Assembly (NCBI GenBank): GCA_963809895.1
Contig: CAWELD010000004.1
Location: forward strand, 128,001-192,000
DNA length: 64,000 nucleotides
DNA from: an uncultured Gemmatimonadales bacterium
GTDB taxonomy: Bacteria; Gemmatimonadota; Gemmatimonadetes; Longimicrobiales; Gaopeijiaceae
Reading direction: 5' to 3'
The first letter of the stretch is position 1, and every line of letters starts with the position of its first letter. Of the stretch, positions 30,826 to 40,515 are shown in pieces. The notes under the pieces were generated by a model. That model was not told the DNA's origin and did not search any database. It saw only the letters and a program-made list of their open reading frames with translations. A program made the position numbers and the translations under genes.

Positions 30826-31443
30826 CTACCGCTCCCGCTCCAGACGCCGGCGGGTGCCGCGTGACCAGCGGCGATACCGGTGGGCCAGCTTGGGGTGCGA
30901 GCGCTCCGCCAGGGGTCCGTACACCCGAGCCACCTCGTCGAGGAATGCCGCGTCCTTCTTGCCTTCCCGCCACATGTGCGAGTGTCGCGCCTGATCCAGA
31001 CGTTCGGCCACGGCCAGCCGCACGAGGGGCTCGCCGGCGACCACGAGACGCTCCACCAGCTCCGGATCGTGTGGGTCGGGCACCGCATCCCGGAGCGCCA
31101 CCGCGTCCCGGAGCCACGCACCCAGGCGCTCGCTGACGTCCATGGCGAGGAGCTCCGCTGTCGCCACGCGCAGGTCGGGACGCTCACTCTCCGCCAGGAG
31201 CGCGGCGGCGAGCACCACCGGATCCGACTCCTCGGTGTCCAGCATGAGGATCAACGCCGTCCGGCCCGGATGCAGGTAGTGGGGATCGTGATCGTCGTCC
31301 AGGCGGGCTTCGCGCGGGACCCGGGCTCGGTCGTGGGCCACCCGCAGCAGCTCCAGGTCCTCGCCCGCCAGGCCCAGGCGGGCGGCGGTGCGCACCACGC
31401 GGCGCCCCATGGCCACGCCCCGGGCCACGTCGTCGATACTCAC
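30826..31443 (-). CDS. Mesh1/SpoT-type HD-fold protein with a degenerate HD motif
   Basis: PHYLHPGRTALIL...DPVVLAAALLAESE...AVAERLDQ resembles PYxxHP...DxxxLxAALLHD...KLADxL; GTG start. Confidence 0.7.
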   Translation of the reverse strand: MSIDDVARGVAMGRRVVRTAARLGLAGEDLELLRVAHDRARVPREARLDDDHDPHYLHPGRTALILMLDTEESDPVVLAAALLAESERPDLRVATAELLAMDVSERLGAWLRDAVALRDAVPDPHDPELVERLVVAGEPLVRLAVAERLDQARHSHMWREGKKDAAFLDEVARVYGPLAERSHPKLAHRYRRWSRGTRRRLERER

Positions 31444-32282
31444 CGTGATGCACCCGGCGACACCGAAGCCAGGTGCGCGCGCAGGTGGTCCAGGGTGGCG
31501 TCGCGGGCGGCTCGTACACGGAAGCCGGCACCTTCGTCCTGCGCCCAGCCCAGGTCGTGCCCCACCCCGGGCAGCATCAGCAGCCGGCCGTCCTGTGACA
31601 CCTCGGCCAGGCCGCGGGCTTCTTCCGGGTCCACCGCCAGGTCGCCGGCGCCGTGCACAAGGAGCCAGGGCGCCTCCAGGCCTCGGGCCGCGGCCAGGGG
31701 ATCCAGGCGCTGCGCGTGGGCCTCGAGATCTTCCATGAGCGCGGGACCCAGGGCGAGTTGACGGCCCGAGCCGGGCTCCGGGACGTACACGACGCCTCCG
31801 GAGCGCCACGTCTCGCGGGTCGCGGTGGCCCAGCGATCCAGGCGGGCCGGGGCCGCCCAGGTCACCAGGGCGTCGATGTCGCCGGCGGTGGCGGCGTGCA
31901 GAAGCGCATGGGCGGCTCCCCGGCCGTGCCCGATCAGCGCCAGCCCGCGAGGCCGGCGCGGCAGCAGGTCGCCGGCGCGCACCTCCTCGACGACCACGCG
32001 GAGCTCGTCCAACTCACGGGTGTGGGTACTCGAGGCCAGGGCCTCCAGCCCGGTGCGTCGGCCCGAGGGGCTCACGCCGCTCCCGGGACTGGTCAACGTC
32101 ACCGACGCGAAACCGGCACCGGCCACCGCGTCGGCCAGCCAGCGCAGGAGTCCCGTATCCGCCGTTTCCAGGAATCCGGGCACGAGGATCACGGCGCCCC
32201 GGGGCGGCGGCCCTTCCGGGATACGCACCCGACCCCAGAGCGCGCCGTGGGGCAGGTCGCGCACGAAGGTGCGCTGGATCAC
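31440..32282 (-). CDS. Alpha/beta hydrolase fold protein (nucleophile elbow reads GHGRG)
   Basis: LVPGF, LIGHGRGA, LLVHGAGD, GVGH; GTG start overlapping the pduO stop. Confidence 0.8.
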   Translation of the reverse strand: MIQRTFVRDLPHGALWGRVRIPEGPPPRGAVILVPGFLETADTGLLRWLADAVAGAGFASVTLTSPGSGVSPSGRRTGLEALASSTHTRELDELRVVVEEVRAGDLLPRRPRGLALIGHGRGAAHALLHAATAGDIDALVTWAAPARLDRWATATRETWRSGGVVYVPEPGSGRQLALGPALMEDLEAHAQRLDPLAAARGLEAPWLLVHGAGDLAVDPEEARGLAEVSQDGRLLMLPGVGHDLGWAQDEGAGFRVRAARDATLDHLRAHLASVSPGASR

Positions 32283-32830
32283 TTCATCCAGACCACGTCC
32301 GCCACGCCGGCCCTGTGGTTTTCCAGACGCGCCAGGGCGAAGCACAGGTCGCTCAGGCGGTTCAGGAAGGGGATCAGGTCCTCTTCCACGGGCTCGCGGG
32401 TGGCCAGTCGCACCACCGCGCGCTCCGCCCGGCGGCACACGGTGCGAGCCACGTGCAGCGCGGCGGCACCGGGCGAGCCCCCCGGCAGCACGAACTCCTT
32501 GAGCGCCGGCAGCTCGGCCTCCGCCTCGTCGATCCAGCCTTCCATCTCGGCGATGCGCGCCGACGGAAAGACGGGCAGGTGCGCGTGGCGGCTGCCGTCC
32601 TCCCGGGGCGGGGTGCTCAGATCGGCGCCCACGGCGAAGAGATCGTGTTGGAGCGCGGCCAGACGCCCACGAATGCCCTCGTCCACCACCGCCGTGGTGG
32701 CCCATCCCAGGACCGCGTTGAGCTCGTCCACCGTGCCGTAGGCCGCCACGCGTGGATGGTCCTTGGAGACGCGGCCTCCACCGAAGAGGGCCGTCTCGCC
32801 GGCGTCGCCGGTGCGCGTGTAGATCTTCAT
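32279..32830 (-). CDS. pduO: PduO-type ATP:cob(I)alamin adenosyltransferase
   Basis: MKIYTRTGDAGET, YGTVDELN, FVLPGG, RTVCRRAER, LNRLSD. Confidence 0.95.
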   Translation of the reverse strand: MKIYTRTGDAGETALFGGGRVSKDHPRVAAYGTVDELNAVLGWATTAVVDEGIRGRLAALQHDLFAVGADLSTPPREDGSRHAHLPVFPSARIAEMEGWIDEAEAELPALKEFVLPGGSPGAAALHVARTVCRRAERAVVRLATREPVEEDLIPFLNRLSDLCFALARLENHRAGVADVVWMK

Positions 32831-33084
32831 CGCAGCTTGGTCAGGTTTCGGAGGGCCTGGGCCCGCTCCAACAGGCTCCCCACGGACGAACTCTCCTCCG
32901 GATCTTCGGCGGGGGTGGCGATGAGATCGCGGATGTCGAGCAGGACCTCGAGCTGGAGCTGGTCGCGCTGGAACTCGAAGTCCAGCCGCGCCATGGCGTC
33001 CGGGTCCTCCTGGCTCTTCGCCGCCTCGAACGCTTCGCGGTAGACGCTCTCCAGACTCCCCAGCACGCGTTCTCGATTGCGCAT
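32827..33084 (-). CDS. Hypothetical helical protein (85 aa)
   Basis: AGGAG RBS; ATGA coupling to pduO; QLEVLLDIRDL. Confidence 0.75.
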   Translation of the reverse strand: MRNRERVLGSLESVYREAFEAAKSQEDPDAMARLDFEFQRDQLQLEVLLDIRDLIATPAEDPEESSSVGSLLERAQALRNLTKLR

Positions 33085-33161
33085 CGTGCTCCTTCGCGTT
33101 GCGGGCCCTATGTTGTCACTACTCGGACAACGGTACACGGATCGGGAGGGCAGGGCATCCC

Positions 33162-33554
33162 ATGGACGCACACGACCTCGAACAGGATCCCCGGTCACGC
33201 CGGGCCAACGTCCTCTACTGGGAATCCGATTCCAGCGTCAACGACATCGCCGACGACCTGGACCTCTCCAAGGGCACGCTCTACGGCCTCATCCGTCCGC
33301 TGCCCGCCGACGTGGAGTGCCCGGAGTGCGGCGCCGAGCTGGAGTATGCGAACCGCACCGCCCGGGACAAGGCTTTCGTGTCGTGCTCGTCGTGCGGCTT
33401 CGAAGAGGAGGAGGAGTTGGTCCGCCAGGCCGCGGCCTTCACCGAGTCGCCCGGCGGGACCTCGGCGCCGGCGAGCCGGAGCGCCATGCTGGCCACGGCG
33501 TTTCTCGGCGCCGCGGCGGGCATCGTGCTGGCCCGCTGGCTGCGCGGGCGCTGA
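33162..33554 (+). CDS. Hypothetical protein with HTH-like N-terminus, CxxC...CxxC zinc ribbon and C-terminal TM helix
   Basis: SVNDIADDLDLSKGTLY, CPECG, CSSCG, hydrophobic tail. Confidence 0.8.
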   Translation: MDAHDLEQDPRSRRANVLYWESDSSVNDIADDLDLSKGTLYGLIRPLPADVECPECGAELEYANRTARDKAFVSCSSCGFEEEEELVRQAAAFTESPGGTSAPASRSAMLATAFLGAAAGIVLARWLRGR

Positions 33555-33583
33555 CCGTCCCATCGCCGGCGGCTTGACGCGCC

Positions 33584-34894
33584 ATGGCCACCAACGTCCG
33601 CGACCCACGCACCATCATCACCCCGGATGCCTTCCGGGTGGACCCCTCGCTGCTGGGCATTCCCCTGGCTACCCCGGGGCGGCGCCTGATCGCGCTCCTC
33701 ATCGATCTGTTGGTGATCGGCGTGCTCACCGCGCTGACGAACAGCGTGTCGCTCTTCGTCTGGGGCGCCGTGGCCGTTTTTCTCCTGGCCATGGCCTTCC
33801 GCTCGCCGGGCGAGCGGCGGACCCAGATGACCTCCATGCTCTTCCGTGGCGCCACCGGTTGTCTGGGGCTGGTGATCCTCGTCAGCGTGTTGATCGGTTT
33901 CCTGGTGGTGCGCACGCAACGCTCCGACTTCTCGAATCTGGCCGAGATCCCGGGCGTGGACGTGCAGGGCGCGGGCGGCGAGGCTCCCGGGCTGGCCCAG
34001 GGCCTGGGTGCGCTGGTGGGGGCCGGTCAGTTCCGACGCGCCGACGACAGCACCGAGGCCCGGGCGGCGCTGGAGCGCATGCTGCGGCCCCTGGCCCGCT
34101 CCACCGGAGCCATGGAGGACGTGCGCGGCGCCGCCGACGGCATCCGGGAGCTCGCGCCCCCCGACGCCGAGTGGATCGAGGACCTGGACATCATCATCGA
34201 CCGTGCCGTGGCCTCGGTGGAGGAAGCGGCCCGGGAGCAGGCGCAGGAGGCGGCGGCCCGGGACACCTCTCAGGTGGCGGCGGAGGTGGCCGCGCTCTCC
34301 GACGCCGAGGCCCTGCAGGCACTGGCGACGCTCACCCGCGACTCCATCCCCACGTCGGGTCCCGAGGCGGAGCGCGTGAGGCTCCTGCGCGCCCGCCTGG
34401 CGCCGCTGGTGGCCGCCGACACGCTGAATTCACTGCGCCGCGCCCTGGACGACTCCGAAGATGAGCGCCGCGAGGCCGAGAGCGACCTGCAGAGCGCCCG
34501 CGCCGAGCTGACCTCCGACGAGCGAGGCTTCCTGGGCCTGCTCCGGGACATCTGGAACCAGGCCGGGTCGGCCATCGGGCTGTGGAGCGTGTACTTCACC
34601 GTGGCGCTCACCCTCAGCGGCGGTCAGACCGTGGGCAAGAAGCTCATGGGGCTCCGCGTCCTGCGCCTCGAGGGTGAGCCCATCACCTGGTGGTTCGCCT
34701 TCGAGCGCGCCGGGGGGTACGTGGCCGGGATCGCCACCGGCCTGATGGGGTTCGCACAGATCTTCTGGGATCCCAACCGCCAGTGCGTCCACGACAAGAT
34801 CGGCGCGACGGTGGTGGTCATCGACGGGGCGGAGCCCATCCCCGGCGCCTGGGAGGAAGCCTGGCGTCAGCAGACCGAGGAGGCGAAGCCGTGA
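33584..34894 (+). CDS. RDD family membrane protein with a large internal helical insertion
   Basis: LATPGRRLIALLID at the N-terminus; GQTVGKKLMGLRV and RQCVHDKI at the C-terminus. Confidence 0.88.
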   Translation: MATNVRDPRTIITPDAFRVDPSLLGIPLATPGRRLIALLIDLLVIGVLTALTNSVSLFVWGAVAVFLLAMAFRSPGERRTQMTSMLFRGATGCLGLVILVSVLIGFLVVRTQRSDFSNLAEIPGVDVQGAGGEAPGLAQGLGALVGAGQFRRADDSTEARAALERMLRPLARSTGAMEDVRGAADGIRELAPPDAEWIEDLDIIIDRAVASVEEAAREQAQEAAARDTSQVAAEVAALSDAEALQALATLTRDSIPTSGPEAERVRLLRARLAPLVAADTLNSLRRALDDSEDERREAESDLQSARAELTSDERGFLGLLRDIWNQAGSAIGLWSVYFTVALTLSGGQTVGKKLMGLRVLRLEGEPITWWFAFERAGGYVAGIATGLMGFAQIFWDPNRQCVHDKIGATVVVIDGAEPIPGAWEEAWRQQTEEAKP

Positions 34895-35740
34895 ACCGTT
34901 TCGAGACCGAAACCGTCCCCGAGCGCGAAGGCAGCGGGTCCGTCGAGGACCGGTTCGAACCGCGCGTGATCATGACGGTACCGGACCGTCACAGCCCCAA
35001 GCTCCGGACCCTCATGGAGCTGGTGAACGCCGACGACGACCTCTACGCGCTCTGGCTCGCATCGAACGTCACCGCCATCGAGCGCCTGGGGATGACGGAT
35101 CACGGGCCCGTGCACGTGAAGATCGTCATGAACATCGCGGTGCGCATGCTCCGGCTCCTCCTGGACGCCGACGTGACGCCGGCGGTGGTGGCGGACTACG
35201 AGATGGAGCCTGCCGACGCGGAGATCGTGGTGGCGCTGGCGGCGCTGCTCCACGACGTGGGCATGTCCATCCACCGCGACGACCACGAGTCGTTCTCGCT
35301 CTTCCTGGCCCGGGACAAGCTCAAGACGATCCTGCCCGAGCTCTACGACCCGCGCACCGCCGCCATCCTCACCTCCGAGGTGCTGCACGCCATCATCTCA
35401 CACCGGTCGGGCGGGCGTCCCCTCACGATGGAGGCGGGCGTCGTCCGCATCGCCGACGCGCTGGACATGGCCAAGGGGCGCTCCCGCATCCCGTTCGAGG
35501 CCGGCTCACTGAGCATCCACTCCATCTCGGCCGCCGCCATCGAAGCCGTGCACATCGAGAAGGGCGAGAGCGAGGCCCATCCGGCTACGCGTGGAGATGA
35601 CCAACTCCGCCGGTGTCTTCCAGCTCGACCAGCTCTTCCGCCAGAAACTCCGGGGGAGCGGCGTGGAGGAGTACGTCGAGGTGGAGGCGGTCCTGGCCGG
35701 CGAGACCGAGAAGCGCCTGTTGAGGGACTTCCGCTTCTGA
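34891..35740 (+). CDS. HD-superfamily phosphohydrolase; frameshift near 35566-35572
   Basis: DHGPVH, LLHDVG, IADALDM; C-terminus RPIRLRVEMTNSAGVFQLD...RDFRF continues in the +1 frame to TGA 35738-35740. Confidence 0.85.
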
Positions 35741-35766
35741 GTGCGCCGGCGCGAGCTTGGTAGACC

Positions 35767-36504
35767 ATGGATGTCACCGTGTCGTTCCCCCTGGCCTTCG
35801 CCGCAGGCCTCGTCTCGTTTCTCTCTCCCTGCGTCCTCCCCGTGGTGCCCGGATATCTGACCTTCGTCTCGGGTATGACGCTGGAGGAGCTCGAGCGGGG
35901 GGATCGGCCCAGAGCGCGTCGTCGCGCGCTGCTGCACGCCGTGTTCTTCGGAGCGGGCTTCGGCCTGGTCTTCATGACCCTGGGCGTCGCGGCGTCCGCG
36001 GCGGGGCAGGCGCTGGCGCGTTGGCTTCCTCTCGTCACCCGCATCGGAGGCGTCGTGGTCATCGCCTTCGGGCTGCACCTCCTGGGCGTGCTCCGACCGT
36101 GGTGGCTGCTGCGCGAGCGGCGGGTACACCTCGCCTCGAAGCCCGCCGGACTCCTGGGCTCGTTGGCGGTCGGGATCGCGTTCGGAGCCGGCTGGACGCC
36201 GTGCATCGGGCCGGTCCTGGCGTCCATCCTATTCTTCGCCGGGCTCGAGCAGACCATGGTGCGTGGAGGCCTGCTGCTGGCCACGTACGGCCTCGGCCTC
36301 GCCGTGCCGTTCCTGGGCGCGGCCATGGCCTTCAACTGGTTCCTGGCGGGGTCGCGACGGATCCAACGGTGGCTCCCGTGGGTCGAACGAGGCGCGGGAC
36401 TCGTCCTCGTGGCGCTGGGCCTGCTCATGGCCACTGGACAGTTCGCGGCGTTGAGCGCATTCCTGGCCGACATGGGCCAGCTCATCACATTGGAGCAGAC
36501 ATGA
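35767..36504 (+). CDS. ccdA: Cytochrome c biogenesis / thiol-disulfide interchange protein CcdA
   Basis: SFLSPCVLP and GWTPCIGP, about six TM helices. Confidence 0.94.
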   Translation: MDVTVSFPLAFAAGLVSFLSPCVLPVVPGYLTFVSGMTLEELERGDRPRARRRALLHAVFFGAGFGLVFMTLGVAASAAGQALARWLPLVTRIGGVVVIAFGLHLLGVLRPWWLLRERRVHLASKPAGLLGSLAVGIAFGAGWTPCIGPVLASILFFAGLEQTMVRGGLLLATYGLGLAVPFLGAAMAFNWFLAGSRRIQRWLPWVERGAGLVLVALGLLMATGQFAALSAFLADMGQLITLEQT

Positions 36505-37286
36505 TCGCCAGCCACCGTAGAGCCGGCGTTTCCGCATATCTCCTGACCACCGCCCTGGTGCTCGCTGCGTGCGGCGCCGAAGAGGCGCGCTCCGGCGGAG
36601 GCACGGCCGACGCTTCGGCCGCCATGCTGGAGGCCCGCACGGACCCGGGTCTGGGTACCGGGCAGTCCGTCCCCCTGGCCAACGGCGGAGCCTCCTCTTC
36701 GCGGGGCCGCCCCCTGAGGGCGCCGGCCTCCGACGAGCCCGTCGACGTGGCCGCGCTCGGATACGACGTGGGCGCCCAGGACGCGCCCATCCAGATCGTG
36801 GAGTTCAGCGATTTCGGATGCGGGTACTGCGGCAAGTTCCACCGTGAGATCTTCCCGGTCCTGGAACGGGAGTACGTGGCGACGGGCAAGGTGCAGTGGA
36901 AGTACGTGCCCATGATCCTCGGCATCTTCTCCAACGCCGAAGAGGCGGCCCGGGCCGGCGAGTGCGCCGGCGAGCAGGGCCACTTCGCCGACATGCGCGA
37001 CCGTCTCTTCGGCACGCAGGGCGAGTGGAAGAACGCCGACGATCCAGCCGCCCACTTCGTGGACTACGCCGAAGAGCTGGGGCTCGACGTCGCACGCTAC
37101 CAGCGCTGCGTCGACGAAGGCTGGAGAGATCCGCGCATCGTCGCCGGCACCCGCCTGTCTCAGCAGGTAGGCGTGCGGGGCACGCCCACGTTCTTCATCG
37201 TGGGCTATGCACCGATTCCCGGCATGCTCCCCCTGGACCTCTTCCGGCAGGTGCTGGACACGGTGTACGTGGAGCGCACGCGCTAG
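36501..37286 (+). CDS. DsbA-family thioredoxin-fold lipoprotein
   Basis: Lipobox LAAC, EFSDFGCGYC, GVRGTPTF. Confidence 0.9.
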   Translation: MIASHRRAGVSAYLLTTALVLAACGAEEARSGGGTADASAAMLEARTDPGLGTGQSVPLANGGASSSRGRPLRAPASDEPVDVAALGYDVGAQDAPIQIVEFSDFGCGYCGKFHREIFPVLEREYVATGKVQWKYVPMILGIFSNAEEAARAGECAGEQGHFADMRDRLFGTQGEWKNADDPAAHFVDYAEELGLDVARYQRCVDEGWRDPRIVAGTRLSQQVGVRGTPTFFIVGYAPIPGMLPLDLFRQVLDTVYVERTR

Positions 37287-37402
37287 CAGGTCGCTTGCGA
37301 AGGGTGTCAATGGCGCGGCGGGTGGCGCGCCCGGCCCCCCGGGGCGCACATTGGGTCCCCTTACGAAGCCCCTCGGATCCAATGCGTTCTTCTGGAGGAC
37401 CC

Positions 37403-39946
37403 ATGCGCCGTTTCACGCTCCAGGGCGCCGGCGTGGCCCTGGCCCTTCTGGCCACCCTCGCACCCGTATCGGCCCAGCAGGGTGGCGGCAGCGGTGACAG
37501 CCTGCCGTCCATCGCGTCGAAGACCGAGGGAATGGAGAAGCTGGACGGCTTCATTCCCGTCTACTGGGACACCAAGGCCGGCAAGCTCTGGCTGGAGATC
37601 GGTCTCTGGAACCAGGACATCCTCCACTACACCTCGCTGCCCGCCGGCTTCGGTCAGAACGACATCGGGCTGAACCGGGGAGATCTGGGCGGCTCGCGGG
37701 TGGTCCAGTTCCGGCGCGTGGGGCCCAAGGTGTTCATGGAGGAGGCCAACCAACGCTACCGGGCGATCAGCGACGATCCCATGGAGCGGAAGTCCGTCGA
37801 GGACGGCTTCCCGTCGTCGATCCAGTGGGGATTCAAGGTGGCGGCCGAGACCGACGACCGGGTCCTGGTGGACGCCACGGACTTCTTCCTGCGCGACTGG
37901 CACGACGTCATCGGCACCCTCCGGCGGTCCAACCAGGGCACCTTTCGCCTGGATGACAGCCGCAGCGCGCCCTACCGTCCGCGCACGAAGGTCTTTCCGG
38001 AGAACACCGAGGTGGAGGTCACCCTCACCTTCACCAGCGATCAGCCCGGAGGCCTGGTGCGGAGCGTGGCCGCGGACGGCAACGCCGTAACGGTGCGGGA
38101 GCACCACTCCTTCGTGAAGCTGCCGGAGCTGGGCACCTACACGCCGCGCGAGTTCGATCCCCGGGGCGGCTACGGCGCCCTCAGCTACTACGACTTCGCC
38201 ACACCCATCGGCGATCCTCTGGTGAAGCGCTACATCCGGCGTCACCGCCTGGTGAAGCAGGATCCCACGGCAGCGGTGAGCGATCCGGTGGAGCCCATCG
38301 TCTACTACCTGGACCCGGGCACGCCCGAGCCGGTGCGCACGGCCCTCCTCACCGGCGGAGGCTGGTGGGCCGAAGCCTTCGAGGCCGCAGGCTTCAGCAA
38401 CGCCTTCCGCATGGAGATGCTGCCCGACACGGCGGATCCCATGGATGCCCGTTACAACGTGGTGCAGTGGGTGCACCGCTCCACCCGGGGATGGAGCTAC
38501 GGCAACTCCCTGGTGGACCCGCGCACGGGTGAGATCCTCAAGGGGCACGTCACGCTGGGGTCGCTGCGCGTGCGTCAGGACTACCTCATCGGCGAGGCCC
38601 TGACCTCACCCTACGAGACCGGCAACGAGACGCCCGACGACGTCATGGGGATGTCGCTGCTGCGCATTCGTCAGCTGGCAGCCCACGAGATCGGGCACAC
38701 CCTGGGCCTCAGCCACAACTACATCGCCAGCTCGCAGCGCGCGGCGGGGAACCAGTCGGTCATGGACTATCCCCACCCACGCATCACCCTGCGCCCCGAC
38801 GGCACCGTCGACGTCACCCAGGCCTACGACGAGGGCATCGGAGAGTGGGACAAGGTGGCCATCACCTGGGGCTACGCGCAGTACCCGGAGGGCACCGACG
38901 AGCAGGCGGCCGGCGACAGCGTGCTCATGGCGGCCGCGGCCCGGGGCGTGACCTTCCTCACCGATCAGGACGCGCGGCCCGCCGGGAGCGCCCATCCCCA
39001 GACGCATCTGTGGGACAACGGCACCGACGTCGCCGCCGAGCTGGACCGCATGATGGACGTGCGGCGGGCCGCCATGCAGCGCTTCGGCGAGCGGGCGATC
39101 CGCACGCACGAGCCCATGGCCACCATCGAAGAAGCGCTGGTGCCCCTCTACCTCTTCCATCGCTACCAGGCGGAGGCCACGGCCAAGGTGGTGGGCGGCC
39201 TGTACTACACGTACGCCCTGCGGGGTGACGGCCAGGAGCCGTTGCACCGCGTGCCGGCCCAGGCGCAGCGCCGCGCGCTGGCCTCGCTCATGCGCACCCT
39301 GTCCCCCCGCGAGCTCCGGCTTCCCCAGGCCGTGCTCGCCGACATCCCGCCGCGTCCCAACGGGTACGCCGGGGCGGGCGAGCTCTTCGACCGCTGGACC
39401 GGTCTCACCTTCGATGCCGTGTCGCCCGCCGCCGCCGCGGCCGATGCCACGCTGCAGTTCCTGCTCCAGGACGAGCGGGCGGCGAGGCTGGTCGAGCAGA
39501 AGGCCCTCGACCCCTCCATGCCGGGACTGGGAGACGTGCTCGCCCAACTCTGGACCACGCTCTTCGAGTACCAGGCGCCGGACGGATACGCCGCGGAAAT
39601 CAACCGGACCGTGCAGCGGGTCTACGTGGACCGGCTGATGGCCCTGGCCACGTCGGCCGGGATGCCGCAGGTGCGCGCCATGGCCAGCTTCGAGCTGCAG
39701 CGTATCCAGGACCGCCTCGAGGAGCGCACCGACGACAGCGAGGCGCAGCAGGCGCAGGCGTTCCTGATCCAGAACGACATCCAGCGCTACCTGTCGCGGC
39801 CCATGGAGCCCGGCCGCACACCGGGAACTCCGGGAGCCCCTCCCGGAAGCCCCATCGGCTCGCGGGGCCCGGATTGGCTGGAGCCCGTCAACGGCGTGTG
39901 GATGGTGGTGCCGGACAGCCCCCTCTACTGCACCGACGGAGGCTGA
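37403..39946 (+). CDS. Secreted zinc metalloprotease (DUF5117/DUF4953-type)
   Basis: Signal peptide, PIVYYLD, DPRTGEI, HEIGHTLGLSHN, SVMDY. Confidence 0.9.
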   Translation: MRRFTLQGAGVALALLATLAPVSAQQGGGSGDSLPSIASKTEGMEKLDGFIPVYWDTKAGKLWLEIGLWNQDILHYTSLPAGFGQNDIGLNRGDLGGSRVVQFRRVGPKVFMEEANQRYRAISDDPMERKSVEDGFPSSIQWGFKVAAETDDRVLVDATDFFLRDWHDVIGTLRRSNQGTFRLDDSRSAPYRPRTKVFPENTEVEVTLTFTSDQPGGLVRSVAADGNAVTVREHHSFVKLPELGTYTPREFDPRGGYGALSYYDFATPIGDPLVKRYIRRHRLVKQDPTAAVSDPVEPIVYYLDPGTPEPVRTALLTGGGWWAEAFEAAGFSNAFRMEMLPDTADPMDARYNVVQWVHRSTRGWSYGNSLVDPRTGEILKGHVTLGSLRVRQDYLIGEALTSPYETGNETPDDVMGMSLLRIRQLAAHEIGHTLGLSHNYIASSQRAAGNQSVMDYPHPRITLRPDGTVDVTQAYDEGIGEWDKVAITWGYAQYPEGTDEQAAGDSVLMAAAARGVTFLTDQDARPAGSAHPQTHLWDNGTDVAAELDRMMDVRRAAMQRFGERAIRTHEPMATIEEALVPLYLFHRYQAEATAKVVGGLYYTYALRGDGQEPLHRVPAQAQRRALASLMRTLSPRELRLPQAVLADIPPRPNGYAGAGELFDRWTGLTFDAVSPAAAAADATLQFLLQDERAARLVEQKALDPSMPGLGDVLAQLWTTLFEYQAPDGYAAEINRTVQRVYVDRLMALATSAGMPQVRAMASFELQRIQDRLEERTDDSEAQQAQAFLIQNDIQRYLSRPMEPGRTPGTPGAPPGSPIGSRGPDWLEPVNGVWMVVPDSPLYCTDGG

Positions 39947-40464
39947 GCGAGCCGCGGGCGGTGGTCGCGACGTCGGCCACCGCCCGTATCGCGTAGCGGT
40001 GCCAGCGCGTCCGCGTCCAGCTCGACGCTCGCCATGGTCCGGGGAGCGGTGCGCCCGTCGTAGAGGATCACGAACCAGACCGGCTCCACGTCGCGCCAGT
40101 CGTAGCGGACGGTGTCGGCCCCGACCACGAAGCGCAGCGGGCGGCGTTCCACCATGCGATGGGGCACGCCCAGGCTGTCCAGGAGCGCCCACGCCTGTGC
40201 CCGGTACCAGTTGGCGTCGTCGGCGATCGTGTAGAAGTCTTCGTCGCCCACGCGAGCACGCAGATCGATGAGCGTCGCCGAGTCGGGCTCGATGAAGAGG
40301 ACCACGGGAGTCGCGAGCACCGTGTCCACGGGCACGGTGTCCCCGGGCAGGGTGCTCTGGAGGGCGCCGAGGGGCCGCGAGCCCCCGGGCGAGACGCCGG
40401 CGACGAGGGCCGCCGTGGCCACCGCGGTCAGACCCGCGACACCGAGGACGAGGCGAGCGATCAT
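39925..40464 (-). CDS. Hypothetical exported protein
   Basis: Hydrophobic N-terminus, globular region with EDFYTIADDANWY. Confidence 0.7.
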   Translation of the reverse strand: MIARLVLGVAGLTAVATAALVAGVSPGGSRPLGALQSTLPGDTVPVDTVLATPVVLFIEPDSATLIDLRARVGDEDFYTIADDANWYRAQAWALLDSLGVPHRMVERRPLRFVVGADTVRYDWRDVEPVWFVILYDGRTAPRTMASVELDADALAPLRDTGGGRRRDHRPRLAQPPSVQ

Positions 40465-40515
40465 GTTAGAATCATCATGTGCGTCGCCTGTCCCTGCCAA
40501 GCCCCACGTTTCCTG

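Noticed and set aside
33085..33161. Cobalamin riboswitch upstream of the pduO operon
   Set aside because: The gap is only 77 bp and has no B12-box
37326..37347. GC-rich hairpin after the DsbA-like gene as an intrinsic terminator
   Set aside because: No U-tract; such stems arise by chance at about 70% GC
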